From positions 9,116,001-9,180,000 of the forward strand of contig CM052817.1 in assembly GCA_028534125.1 (NCBI GenBank): a stretch of 64,000 nucleotides of DNA. Direction: 5' to 3'. The notes beneath the pieces are model-generated. The model was not told the DNA's origin. It saw only the letters and a program-made list of their open reading frames with translations, and made no database searches. Below, in pieces: positions 10,921-22,060 of this stretch (position 1 is its first letter; every line of letters begins with the position of its first letter). The translations under genes were made by a program, and so were the position numbers. This DNA is from Lama glama. Its lineage: Eukaryota.

Positions 10921-11624
10921 TTAGTGGAATGAATTTTTAAATATGGTCAATATATGCAAATATATGCAAAGTTCTTAAAATTTGTTACCAGTTTCCTTTC
11001 ATATCAGATCAAGGTCTATTTTTTAAAGTCAAATTTTAAAAATCACTTCTAGAATCTATGAACAGAATTGGTTTCCGCCCCACACCCCTCCGCCTGCCCT
11101 TCTTTCTACCAGGTCCTAATGCTATTCAGAGAGACACAAAACCCAGTTTTGACTGTCACTCCAGCAGGAGGAGTCAGGAATTGACTTCCACTGCAAAACT
11201 GCAGAGTAATACAATTTCACAACTTCTAACGTCTGGCAAACTCCACCAGTAGTATTTGCAAAAGCAATTTTGCAATGACCGCATTCGGGAAATCCCCAAA
11301 GAATGTTTATAATTCTGCAGATTTAGAGGTTTGTTTGAATTCTACATTTTCCCTCAGCCACATCATCCAAAAATGTAACACTCCGTTTCAAATTAAAACA
11401 GCATGTGTGTATGAACTCTGACACAGCTCAAAAACATGATTTAATTCAACCAAAATTTCACAGACTGATCATTACAGTCTTTTTTGAAATCGTACAGAGT
11501 TGTAAGCAATTTACATCTGATTCCAATGGGGAGGAACTGGATCAGGAATCCATGGCATCTCAATGGTACTGTTGCCACTATTAGCCAGGAAGGAGAGCAA
11601 GGAGGGGACGCTGCAAGCAGTGAC

Positions 11625-11770
11625 CAGCTTCTTTCGGGAGTGAGAGCAATGCTTTTGAATTAGAAAACAGTGATGGCTGCCAATCTTGTGACTACACTAA
11701 AAACCACTGAATTGTATACTTTAAAAGGGTGAATGTTAATGGCATGTGAATTATCTCAATTTAAAAAAAT
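11625..11770 (+). mobile_element. L1MB-type LINE-1 3' end
   Basis: ctaaaaaccactgaattgtatactttaaaagggtgaat...tgtgaattatctcaatttaaaaaaa. Confidence 0.88.
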
Positions 11771-11959
11771 AGTGCAAAAAGATCGGTTGAATTCTTTGTA
11801 AATGGTGTCAAACTATTATAGAAAAGTCTGGGAAAAAATGATGTTATATAAATGCAATTGACATAAGATAAAATTCCTGCCATATTAAGCGTGTGTGTGA
11901 GGTGGGGGAATCATGTTCCAAGACACCAAATCTGACCCATTTTGATGATAAAATACCTG

Positions 11960-12080
11960 TGTCTAGATGGACCTAGAAGAATATACACCAAATTGTTAAC
12001 TGGTTATTTCTGGGATTACAGGTGGTTTTTAGTTTCGTTTTGCCTTTCTAGGGATATATTATAGTTTTAATAAAGGGAGG
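11960..12080 (+). mobile_element. L1ME-type 3' fragment
   Basis: agaagaatatacaccaaattgttaactggttatttctgggattacaggtg. Confidence 0.6.
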
Positions 12081-12159
12081 GAAAAGAAGAAAACAGTTCT
12101 GGGGGGAGGGGAAGGAGAGATGAGAGGGAGAAGTTTTACTTTAGACCTTCAAAGAACCC

Positions 12160-12500
12160 AAACTGAACAAGCTTCAACAATGTTTCCGGAGAACTGACAA
12201 TACGCGCTGTGTTAGAAAACAGCCATCAACTGCCTGCAGCCCAACGACAAACAAGAAACAATGCTTCAATGTTTATTCGTTGGCTGCCCTCCCCCATCGC
12301 TTTCATTTTGATTTGGAAAATGCGGGGACTGTTCTCCCAACAAAAGTTTACAAGCAAAGCCAACCTCACTTAACTGCTTTGTGATAAACAACTTCCTCCC
12401 CCTGCCCCCCGCCCCTCCCCCCCCTTATCAAAGGGACCTTATTCACTAAGTTGCCAGCATGACTTTTTAGTTGGCTGGTTCTGTTTTATTGGCATCATGT
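12160..12500. promoter_or_regulatory. Candidate developmental enhancer (SOX, FOX, GATA, TCF/LEF, SP/KLF C-tract)
   Basis: AACAATG 12176 and 12257; TGTTTA 12270; TGATAAACAA 12382-12391; CTTATCAAAG 12424-12433; repeat-free. Confidence 0.5.
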
Positions 12501-13049
12501 ACAGTCTTACCTACTGAGGAGAGAAGGAAGCGAATTGTGGGCGGACCTACTGTGTGCCAGGTGTGTTTCAGGTGGGATTGATGGTGATATTTAATGTGTC
12601 CCAGTGAGGGGCGCACGAGAGGGGAGCAGAATGATCTCTACTGTTAGAGACAGAGGGAGCCTGGTGGACCACCGGCCGTCGCCTGGCTGCTGGGTGGCAG
12701 AGCCAGGTCTGACCTGTGTGTCTGACCCCAGGAAGCACGTCTAATCCTCCCACACCCTTGGTCCCACAGGATTCTTGTAGCCAACTAATTATCAAATCAA
12801 ACCATGTGAAATAAAATTGATCAGCTGCCGAACGGCTCACTTACTAAATTGCTGGGACTCAGCCCTAACCTTCCTCATTGAGGATGAAGCCCTGCCGGCC
12901 CCATGTGCACGCGCGTGTACACACACACACACTCTCTCCATGTGCTAGAAACATCATGTTAGAGGGGGAAGCAGGAAGGGGGAGGAGGAGGAAGCCAGCC
13001 TTTCTTTCTTGTTGCTACTCCACCCATCACGGGCTCCCCCGGCCCCAGC

Positions 13050-13640
13050 TCTGCAGTTGGTCCCATTATGTTTCCACCCAGCTAATTATAGTCACTGATT
13101 ACCTAACAGCAAGCCCCACTGTCACCTGCTTTGGCCTGACAGATTATGCCATCTGGGCCACGTGGCCAGGGTCCGAGAGCCACAAGAGGTCACAGAGAGG
13201 GGCGGATGGCTCTGAATGGGAAGAAATGTGTTTACAGCCCTGACAGCTGACTGGGCCATTAAAGGGGCTTTCGCTGTGTGTGCCCAGCTGAAACCCCTCT
13301 CCAGGGGCCTCGCTATTAGCTAATGGGACGTGGCTGTGTGTCGCTCCAGTTCCAAATGTGGACATGCTAGGGGACTGCGTGCTCTCCTAAAAAGGAGAAG
13401 AAAAAGGACTCAGGAGAAACCTGGGAGCTTGCAGCTGTTTGGAGTCCCTGTTGAGCAGACAGCAGACCATGCCTGCCGAATCCACACCCAACTGCTGGCT
13501 GTGTTCAAGCGCATTTTCCACTTCCTGTGCTCCTATACATTAAATTGAACACGTGTATGAAACACAATTTGTGACATTAAATCAACTCTGTAGGGTGACT
13601 CGCATTTCATTAAGAACTTTCATGTCCTTAACGGCAGTGC
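13050..13640. promoter_or_regulatory. Candidate enhancer (E-box and homeodomain rich)
   Basis: TAATTA 13083, CATCTG 13150, GGCCACGTGGCC 13156-13167, TGACAGCTG 13241, ATTAGCTAAT 13315, CACGTG 13550. Confidence 0.45.
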
Positions 13641-13644
13641 CTGA

Positions 13645-13812
13645 GTCTCAAACTTTAATACACCTGTGTGTGACTGGGGAATTTTATTAACGTGTAGATT
13701 CCAAATCTGTAGACTTGGGGGAAGGGAGGGGGCAGGAGGAGCGCTGATTCTACAGAGTTCCTAGAAGATTGCGGATGCCACCGGTCCACAGACCAGGCTT
13801 TGTGTAGCAAGG
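13645..13812 (+). mobile_element. MER5A-like hAT-Charlie element
   Basis: tctcaaactttaat...ctggggaattttattaa...gatgccaccggtccacagaccaggctttgtgtagcaagg. Confidence 0.7.
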
Positions 13813-13876
13813 AACTAGTTAGTTCTTGAATGAAATTAAATGACTGAATTAACATTATACAGAAAAAACTATACAA

Positions 13877-14045
13877 CAGTATTTCTCAAACTGTGTTACA
13901 GAACTAGAGTCAACTAAGAAAGTTGCCTCCACCCCAACAGGTACTCAGTCAAGAGAAGTTTGGAAATCACTGTATACGCTGAGCCCCCGGGAAATCTCAG
14001 CACCCACCGCTAGCATATACTGGCGCTGAGGAAGCCCGCAGTGAT
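13877..14045 (+). mobile_element. hAT-Charlie MITE (MER112-like)
   Basis: cagtatttctcaaactgtgtt...aagtttggaaatcactg inverted termini followed by tagcatata...gctgaggaagcccgcagt. Confidence 0.5.
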
Positions 14046-14574
14046 CTGTCCCACTTTAGATGTGAACAGTTTGCATTCAACTAAAAGTCTGGTGTTCTAT
14101 GCCCTATTTTTTTGTTGCAACCCTTGCTGAAGACTTTCTATTATCCTGATTGCTTAACCTGCCCATAAATTTCTTGATTTGAAAAATGCCTTCTCAGCCA
14201 TATAAGATTATTCATGTGAAACACACACACACATGCACACACTTGAGAAAGGCTTTGAGACTGTGAAGCAATGTTCATGGGAGGTACTGTCCTAAAGTAC
14301 AGGCATCTGGGCAGTTAGTTGGCTCTGACAGCTTCTCAGTCCAGTGACCACAGCCTGCTCTCTTCCCCTGCCCTTAGCTTGAGGCAGCAGAAAGGGAAGG
14401 AAAAAAGCCGGGGGGAGGCGGCCAGGAGGTGGGATCATGAGGACCAGGTGTGTAGTAGATCTGAAGGCCTGAGGACCAAGTCCAGTCATCTCCAGAGTTT
14501 ACAGCTTCAAGACTGATTTGCTTACACTTTAACTTAAAAAGGCCAAGTTTACCAAGCCTTCTGAAAGTTTTCAT

Positions 14575-15250
14575 ATGACATTGTAAAATGCTCACCATAT
14601 AGTATTAAATAAAAAATAAAAGACAACACAATCACAGCTTGTGCCTGTGTGTGTGTCTGTGTCTGTGTCCTTATGCATGTGCAGCCTGTGTACGTAGGGG
14701 GATGTGTGTGCACGTAACTGCACACGTGATTTTGAAGGTGTGTAGAAAATCACTAAGAACGTTAGCTTTGGAGTTAGGCAATGTTAGGTTCAAATGGAAA
14801 CTGATTTAAGTTTCTTAACCTTTGGTTTGTATCTTCTGTGCAATGGGGCTGACAATTCCCACCCCAGGCTTCCATGGGAATTAAATGAGACAATGTCTGG
14901 CAAGCACTTAGCACATTGCCTGGCTCAGATTAAGCCCTCAGCAAATGGGGGATATGATTGTAATTAATACAGAAAAAAAGGTTGGAAGAAAATCCACAAA
15001 ATATTAATGGTGGGTTATCTCTGGATGGTGAGTTAGAAATGATTTTGATTTTCTTCTTTGTATAGTTTTGAATTATTCAAGGAACAAATATCATTTTAAA
15101 ATAAAAAATTAGAAAACAAACTTTATGAAGTAAAACGTTAATTGTAGTTTTCTCTGGTTGGTAAATCGTGGGTCATTTTTATTTTCTTTGTTGTACTTCC
15201 AATGTTTCTCAAATTGTCCACAACTCATTCATCTTAACAATGTTTGAATG
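14575..15250 (+). mobile_element. L1ME-type 3' fragments interrupted by MIR
   Basis: ggaagaaaatccacaaaatattaatggtgggttatctctggatggtgag...gattttgattttcttcttt. Confidence 0.6.
14740..14960 (+). mobile_element. MIR SINE
   Basis: gctttggagttagg...ggttcaaat...attaaatgagacaatgtctggcaagcacttagcacattgcctggc. Confidence 0.85.
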
Positions 15251-15384
15251 TGAAAGCCATGTCAACCCACTTTGGACATTTTGGAAAAGTACAGAAAAAT
15301 CCTGAAAAGAAAGTAAAAACTACTGGCAATGTCATAATTTCTCTGTATTTGTTATTCTTTGTTTAAATTTATGAAGTACAAATT

Positions 15385-15452
15385 CATATCTAAAGGAATA
15401 GTCCCTATAATTGTGCAGTGCACAACATGGACAGCCATACTCAATGGTCCTG
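15385..15452. mobile_element. MER91-like hAT-Tip100 fragment
   Basis: ttgtgcagtgcacaacatggacagccatac...cctg resembles the MER91 arm. Confidence 0.5.
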
Positions 15453-16029
15453 AAAAAGTACCCATCCCCCAACTTCTCTTACCACTCCCGAGAAGTCACT
15501 GAAGTTTAATATGAATTCTTTCAGTATATGTATAATATCCACATAAGCATATATGTAAATACAGGCTCATATGATTAGGCAAAAATGGTTATATAAGAAA
15601 ATTTCAGAAAGATTTTAGAGGCCCCTTAAATGTTATAGATATAATTAATTAGTCCTTCAAGACCAGCAATAAGAGGGAGGCACCTTCTCCATGTGTGAGT
15701 TTACTTTAGCAAATGTACATGATGCATCTACTCTATTTTCTTTGCTATTTACTAAGGAAACAAAAATAAAGGAGACACAAAGACTCTGGTCTTGGTAAGC
15801 CTCTGGTCTGTCATAGAGACGTACATATTACAAATGTTTGCAGCGCCGAGTGGTACCTACAGTAATGGAAGCTGATAACAAGCCCAGAGGCTGTAAGAAG
15901 AGAGACAGTGAGTCTCTCCTTCTGTAGGGATTCTGGGAGACTTCCTGGATAAGAACTCATCTAACCGGCGTCTGAGTGCTGGTTCCTATCACACCTACAC
16001 AACTTTAAGTTCTCCCACGTTCATCTTGT

Positions 16030-16320
16030 CCACACAGGTCTCTGGTCTTGAGCTGGAACACGTTCCCACACTTCTTCTCCTCAGCAAACCTACTCATCTT
16101 TCAACACTTAACCAGAAGTTGCTTCCTGGAAGGCTTCCCTCAGTCCCGAGTGGAGGAGGGGCCCCTTCTTCCTGTGCGTGTGTTTTTATCGTACACTCAC
16201 CTGGAAGTCAGTATTTTGCCCTGTTTAGCTTTGTATGATGGGGCAGGATGGAACACCACACCCAGGACACAGTTAGTGTCCAATCAATGTTTCTGAAAAA
16301 CAAACAAATGAACAAAACAG
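16030..16320 (+). mobile_element. L2 3' fragment
   Basis: cttcctggaaggcttccctcagtcc...ccaggacacagttagtgtccaatcaatgtttctgaa...aaatgaa. Confidence 0.6.
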
Positions 16321-16495
16321 TGCTAGATAGCTCTACCTTAGACCACAGTGCGAAGAGCACGTGCGCGCGGTTTAGAAAGCCGCTTCTCTGAGCTAAGCCA
16401 TTAGGAGAGGCACGTCCTCTGGGAGTACACCGCTCCGCCTCAGGTCACAGCTCAACACACGAACAGTGTCTTTGTGCCCATTGAAAGAAGTTGCC

Positions 16496-17039
16496 TCACA
16501 ATAGCCAAGAACCTGAATGTCTGCTGATGGGTAAATGAGTAAAGAAGATGTGGTGTATATATACATACACATACATACATTACTCAGCCATAAAAAAGAA
16601 TGAAATAACGTCATTTGCAGAAACATGGATGACCTACAGATCATCATTCTAAGTGATGTAAATCAGACAGAGAAAGGCAAATATCACGTTATCACTTATA
16701 TGTGGAATCTAACAAAAGATACAAATTTTACTTACAACCTAGACATAGACACCCAAACATAGAAAACAAACCACGGTTACCAAAGGGGAAAGGTGAGGAG
16801 GGATCAATTTGGAGTTTGGGATTAACAGAAACACACTACTATATATAAAAAAGATAAACAACAAGGGCCTACTGTACAGCACAGGGAACTATATTTGATT
16901 TCCTGCAATAACATATAATGGAAAAGAATCTGAAAAGAAAATATATATGTATGTGTATGTATATGTATAATTAAATTGCTTTGCTGTATACCTGAAGCTG
17001 ACATTGTAAATCAACTACACTTTAATAAAAAATAAATTC
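16496..17039 (+). mobile_element. 5'-truncated Cetartiodactyla-type LINE-1 (end of ORF2 plus 3' UTR)
   Basis: tactcagccataaaaaagaatgaaataacgtcatttgcag...atcacttatatgtggaatct...cctactgtacagcacagggaactata...tgtaaatcaactacac plus A-rich tail; probable TSD aaagaagttgcc/aaaaaacttgcc. Confidence 0.93.
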
Positions 17040-17638
17040 AAAAAACTTGCCGCTTTGTCCTGGCTGTTCCTCCTGATGGAAGCAGCCCAGAGCAAGCAGA
17101 GCTGAGGCTGGACTCCGGCCTGACTCCTCCAGCAGAGATGCCCTGCAGAGCAGTCCGTGGCAGCCCCAGGGATGCCTGAATGAGCAAGCTACACTCACAA
17201 GGAGCTGAAAATCCATTCAACACCCAAGTAAACGTTCACAGTGAGTGGGCACTCATAAAACGCCCAGCAAAGGTGTAAGTGAATGAATGAAGGAATGTTA
17301 AAAAAAAAAACAGATGAATTCCCTCAGACCGATTTTGGTTGGATTCCGTTAAGTTCCTCTGTGTATGTGCGTGGTGTTCTTCCTAAGGTCCCCTTTGATT
17401 GAGTCCTTGGAGGTTCTAAGTCCTTTCCCTCCTGGTTAAAAGCCATGGAGGCCTCTGGCTGGTTTTGAACAGCTGGGTGTCCTGGTGCAGGATGAGGACT
17501 TGAAGAGCAGGTGGAGCCTGAATCAGCCCCGAGAGGGCGCTTGCAGGTGCTTTTATGTAAACTGACTCACCTCCGAGGTGGCCAGGGTACTCATCAGATG
17601 CCCCCGTCTCTCCCCAGGCTGTCAAGTGCAGCCTTTAA

Positions 17639-17662
17639 CACACACACACACACACACACACA
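17639..17662. repeat. (CA)12 microsatellite
   Basis: Directly visible. Confidence 0.97.
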
Positions 17663-18099
17663 CGCACGCTGTTTGACACGGGAAGAAGCAGCGGTCAGAG
17701 GCAGCCCTGCTGGGGAATCTCATTGGGATGGCAGCGGGGGGCAGGCTCTTCGCACGCAGTAGGCTTTCCGAAGGCCCTGGAAGTGGGTTTCTGTGCTAAA
17801 ACCCCATTTGACTGTCTGGATGAGATGAATCAATCACAGAAAACCAGCCCAGGAAGCACAAGGGTCGCCCGAGGCTGCCCTGCCCCCAGGGGGCAGGGCC
17901 TGTCCTGAGCCTGGAGATCCTGACCCTGGCCCAAGGTCTTTAAGTGCCACACACAGGCTGCTGGCCACCCAGGGGGTGACTCTAAAGCACCTCTGAGGCC
18001 CCCAGACTTCAGTAACAGCAAGCTCAGCAGTGTCATTAAAAAGCAAATTATAGCCCAAGGTGGCTTGAAATGCCTGCGGGATCAGCCCTTCGCTTTGCA

Positions 18100-18660
18100 A
18101 TTACAGTCACCACTCTTGTCTCCTGTCAGGACTATTGCAAAAGCATCCTTCCTGGGCTTTCCAGACTTGCCCCCTCCCCCCGCTCAGCCCCACCCTGAGG
18201 TTTGCATACTCCCCCAGCCCCTTGCCAAACGACACCGGAATCAGACTACCTCTTGGCCAGAAGGTGACAAGCCTCTCTCAGCCCATCCACCAGCTGTAGC
18301 CCCAGCTTCTCAGTCCAGCATGGAAGAGCCTCCTGGATCCCACTCCCCCCACCCCAATTCCCAGCCCTTTGCATTTTCCCCAGTACCCCTCTCCTGTCCC
18401 CAGGTTCTCTGCTTCAGCCAAAGGGATCCATTTCCAGGCCCCCTGACTTACCAGGGACTAACCCTCTGCCGGCGCTACTCTGGTGAGAAACCTGTTCAGA
18501 ACAGCCTTTCCTTCTCCCTGCACTTGTGTAAGTCCTTTGTACCCTCTGTAATTTAGTTCCCACCCACCTGTCTGGTGAAGCCTTGTGACAACTGAAAATG
18601 CTGGTCCTGTTTCTGGCTTCCCATCGCAGCCTAGGAGTCTACCCTGGGTGGGGCATTCAG
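18100..18660 (+). mobile_element. L2 fragment
   Basis: ctcttgtctcctgtcaggactattgcaaaagcatccttcctgg...; L2-like pyrimidine-rich tract. Confidence 0.55.
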
Positions 18661-18759
18661 CAGATAAGATGTCTCTTACACAGCCATTGACATCTACCCC
18701 AGGAAAGTCACATCACAGCCAGACTTAAGCTCTTCCGGCTTGAGAACCACATCTTCCTC

Positions 18760-19000
18760 AGCATAACACGGTGGAGAAAAACCTCAGGTCCTAGAATCTT
18801 AGGCCTGGTTATCCTGCTTTTACTGCCTTTAATTGTCTTGCCTGGAGCAAGTTTCCTTACCTTTCCGAGTCTCGGTTTTCTCATCTGTAAAAGGAGCTAT
18901 AAGAATTATCACATGGGTAGTTATGCGGTTTATTAAAATGCAGACTGAGTGATCAGAAAGTACCTAGCATACAAGTGCTCAATAAATACCAACTACTGTC
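18760..19000 (+). mobile_element. MIR SINE (near full length)
   Basis: gagcaagtttccttacctttccgagtctcggttttctcatctgtaaaa...gtacctagcatacaagtgctcaataaata. Confidence 0.88.
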
Positions 19001-19039
19001 ACCTGTGAGGGACTGGGCTGCACTAGAGAATGATGGGGG

Positions 19040-19320
19040 TCCTCCAGCTGCTGGAGAGATGGGGCGGACGGAGCCCGGGCTGCAGGGCTCAGCCAGGTCA
19101 GGTGATGAGAGATCCCCCAAGCCACGCGAAAGGACCGAGGGCATCAAAGGGTTTTAAGCAGGAGAAGGACTGCTCTAATTCACATCTCCAAGACTTTGCT
19201 GGCTTTGATGGGGAGGGTGGAAATGAGACTGAGTAAACTAAAGTCAGAAGAGTTAGGAGGCTGTTGCAGTCGCCCTGGTGAGGGCTGAAGAGCGTCTCAG
19301 GTGGTGGCCTGAGGTGACTA
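19040..19320 (-). mobile_element. L2 fragment
   Basis: aagggttttaagcaggagaagg...gagttaggaggctgttgcagtcgccctggtgag...ggtggcctga. Confidence 0.7.
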
Positions 19321-19713
19321 GCCAAACCACACCTTCTACCTAAAGGTGAGTCCTTCAATGTGCCAAGGTGATCAGGCTCAGTCCCTGACTTCGGGGAGCT
19401 CACAGTCTCCTGCAGGGAGACAGATAAGAACGCTGAAAAAGTATAATAAATGAAAAATGATGGGAAAAGAAATGGGTATCACTTGAGAGCAAAGAGAAAG
19501 AAACACTATCTGCTCTGATGGGGAGGGATGCTTGAGGAAGGTTTTCGGGAGGACATGACCTGTGCAGGTGCCATCTTTAAAGAAGAACCCTTTCTGCCAT
19601 CTTCAGGTTGATCCGAATGTAAATGCTGAGACTTTCTAATAATGGTACCATGTCTCCAGGAGAGGAATTCCCATCATATATATGGATGAGAAGGAAAGAT
19701 GGTCCCTTTCTTG

Positions 19714-19756
19714 ATCCTTGAAAGGGATCCTCTTTTCAAGGATCCCTTTCAAGGAT
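19714..19756. repeat. Perfect inverted repeat, 18-bp arms, 7-nt loop
   Basis: atccttgaaagggatcct (19714-19731) / aggatccctttcaaggat (19739-19756). Confidence 0.95.
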
Positions 19757-20099
19757 AAAATACTAGGAGATTTTTTTTTTTAAAGAAAATGTCTAAATTC
19801 CATTTTCATCATTATGCTGCAAACCTTTAATCCCCCCTGCATGCTGCAACGTAAGTGTTTTGGATTTGGGGGGACAGTTATTTGAAGAGAGACAATCACT
19901 TGCTCTTCTGTATTACCTATCCATACCTCTCTCAATCTATTTACTGTTAAACATTCCCTGAGAAAAAATTTAGAGGAAATCAGGAACTCTGAAATGAACT
20001 GGAATTTAATGTTGTTCCATTAACCTTTCAGAAAATGCCGGCAAGAGGCTTGAGGAGGTAATTACACACAAGGGGAGAAAGCCAGGTGTGTATACTGTA

Positions 20100-20599
20100 N
20101 NNNNNNNNNNNNNNNNNNNNNNNNNNNNNNNNNNNNNNNNNNNNNNNNNNNNNNNNNNNNNNNNNNNNNNNNNNNNNNNNNNNNNNNNNNNNNNNNNNNN
20201 NNNNNNNNNNNNNNNNNNNNNNNNNNNNNNNNNNNNNNNNNNNNNNNNNNNNNNNNNNNNNNNNNNNNNNNNNNNNNNNNNNNNNNNNNNNNNNNNNNNN
20301 NNNNNNNNNNNNNNNNNNNNNNNNNNNNNNNNNNNNNNNNNNNNNNNNNNNNNNNNNNNNNNNNNNNNNNNNNNNNNNNNNNNNNNNNNNNNNNNNNNNN
20401 NNNNNNNNNNNNNNNNNNNNNNNNNNNNNNNNNNNNNNNNNNNNNNNNNNNNNNNNNNNNNNNNNNNNNNNNNNNNNNNNNNNNNNNNNNNNNNNNNNNN
20501 NNNNNNNNNNNNNNNNNNNNNNNNNNNNNNNNNNNNNNNNNNNNNNNNNNNNNNNNNNNNNNNNNNNNNNNNNNNNNNNNNNNNNNNNNNNNNNNNNNN
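20100..20599. other. Assembly gap (500 N)
   Basis: Run of N. Confidence 1.
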
Positions 20600-20639
20600 C
20601 ACACACCACACCTCACATACATGCCCCCAAGCTGCTCAC

Positions 20640-21020
20640 ACAAAGCCACTGCGGCTATCCAAAGCATTTACTGCTTCACCTCCTTTGCTAGAGCACATAC
20701 TCTCTTGCCTCTAGGCCTTGACCCATGCTGTTCTGCTACCAGCTTCATTTCCTCCTTCCCATCCCCATTGCGGTATTCCTACTCATCCTTCAGGGGTCAG
20801 CCTAAAGGTCACTTCCTGCAGGAAGTGCCTCCCCATCACCTCTACCCTTCCTAGCCTGAGTTTGCCCGCCATGCTCTTGCATTTCAGTCTGTACTTCCTC
20901 AAACCTCCCTGTGAATGTCAGTTTCACATTCCATTCTTACAGCCGGCAATTATTTGATAGAACAGGGATTGTTAGCATGTTCACTATGGTAACCCCAAGT
21001 CAAGCACTGTACTATTTGAT
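20640..21020 (+). mobile_element. L2 3' fragment
   Basis: ttcctactcatccttcaggggtcagcctaaaggtcacttcctgcaggaag...tgttcactatggtaacccc. Confidence 0.7.
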
Positions 21021-21660
21021 GGAGTAGATTAATTCTTTAATTTAGCGGGTAGTAAAATCTAGGAAACAAAAAGCATTTCACCTTTAGATGGTAAGTTCAG
21101 TTAGTCTCAGCTCAACAAAATCGGGCAACCCCCTCCACATCATGTTACATAAACACCCGGACAGACCTTGAGTCGAGATTCTGTGCCAAAGTGAACAAGA
21201 GTCCTGTTTAGAGAATTCTCTCTTAAGAAGGCTTATTTCTGTCTGGGTGTGACCTAAGTTACTGAGGGCTTTAAATAATTGGGAAAGACATTATCTTTGG
21301 AAACTCTTTAAAGTCCAACCTCTGTCCCTTAGTTCCTGCCAAATATCCCCCACAACTCGCAGTAAGTGGATTACTCTGTCCTTAATCACATACTAAATGC
21401 CTGCATCTGTGGTTGGCAAAAGCTGGCTGCGAGGTAGCTGCAATCATCCTGTCCATGTCCTGCTATTACAGCAGAAGAAATATTAGGGAAAGAGCTCCAA
21501 GTAGCACGTGAGAGTGAGATCTGCATTCATTCAACTCTAGTTAAGGGTCAGTTATATTGTAGGTAGTTAACTGAGATAAATCAGACACATTCCCTTTGTC
21601 TGGAGGATCTCTAAAAAAAATTAGTGTTCGTAGAACTAAAAATTTCTAATAATTGCATAG

Positions 21661-21830
21661 CCTTTGCTTCTCAAACTTTAATGTATATTTGAAATCACCT
21701 GGGGATCATGTTGAAATGGCATTCTGATGCAGGAAGTTTGGAGAGGAGCCTGAGATTCTGCATATCCAACAAGCTCCTGAGTGAGTGATGTCAACGCTGC
21801 AGGTCTGGGGACCACACTTTGAGCAGAAAG
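21661..21830 (+). mobile_element. MER5A/MER5A1 hAT-Charlie element
   Basis: tgcttctcaaactttaatg...aatcacctggggatc...gcctgagattctgcatatccaacaagctcc...gctgcaggtctggggaccacactttgag. Confidence 0.88.
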
Positions 21831-21879
21831 CATCACCATGTGGTCTATAAAGAAAGACAATAACTATGTCCTCATACCT

Positions 21880-22060
21880 CATCTGATTCTCACAAGAAGG
21901 CTGGGAGTAGATATGGGAGATACTTTATGACCCTTTCACAGATAAAAACACTGAGTTGAGGAGAAATCACTATATTTTCCAATGGTATCACCAGGTATCA
22001 ACCAATGGTTAAGACCAGGATTCATTTGTTCATACCCAGGACCCCAAATCCCCAGTTTAA
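21880..22060 (-). mobile_element. MIR SINE
   Basis: tgattctcacaag...ctttcacagataaaaacactgag. Confidence 0.6.

Noticed and set aside
10951..10970. Tandem tatatgcaaa x2 containing an octamer motif
   Set aside because: A simple 10-bp slippage duplication at a MIR edge with no supporting context; a similar trivial duplication lies at about 37214-37233.
20006..20714. ORFs of about 200 aa in several frames
   Set aside because: Artefacts of translating through the 500-N gap; the same applies to 42024-42602.
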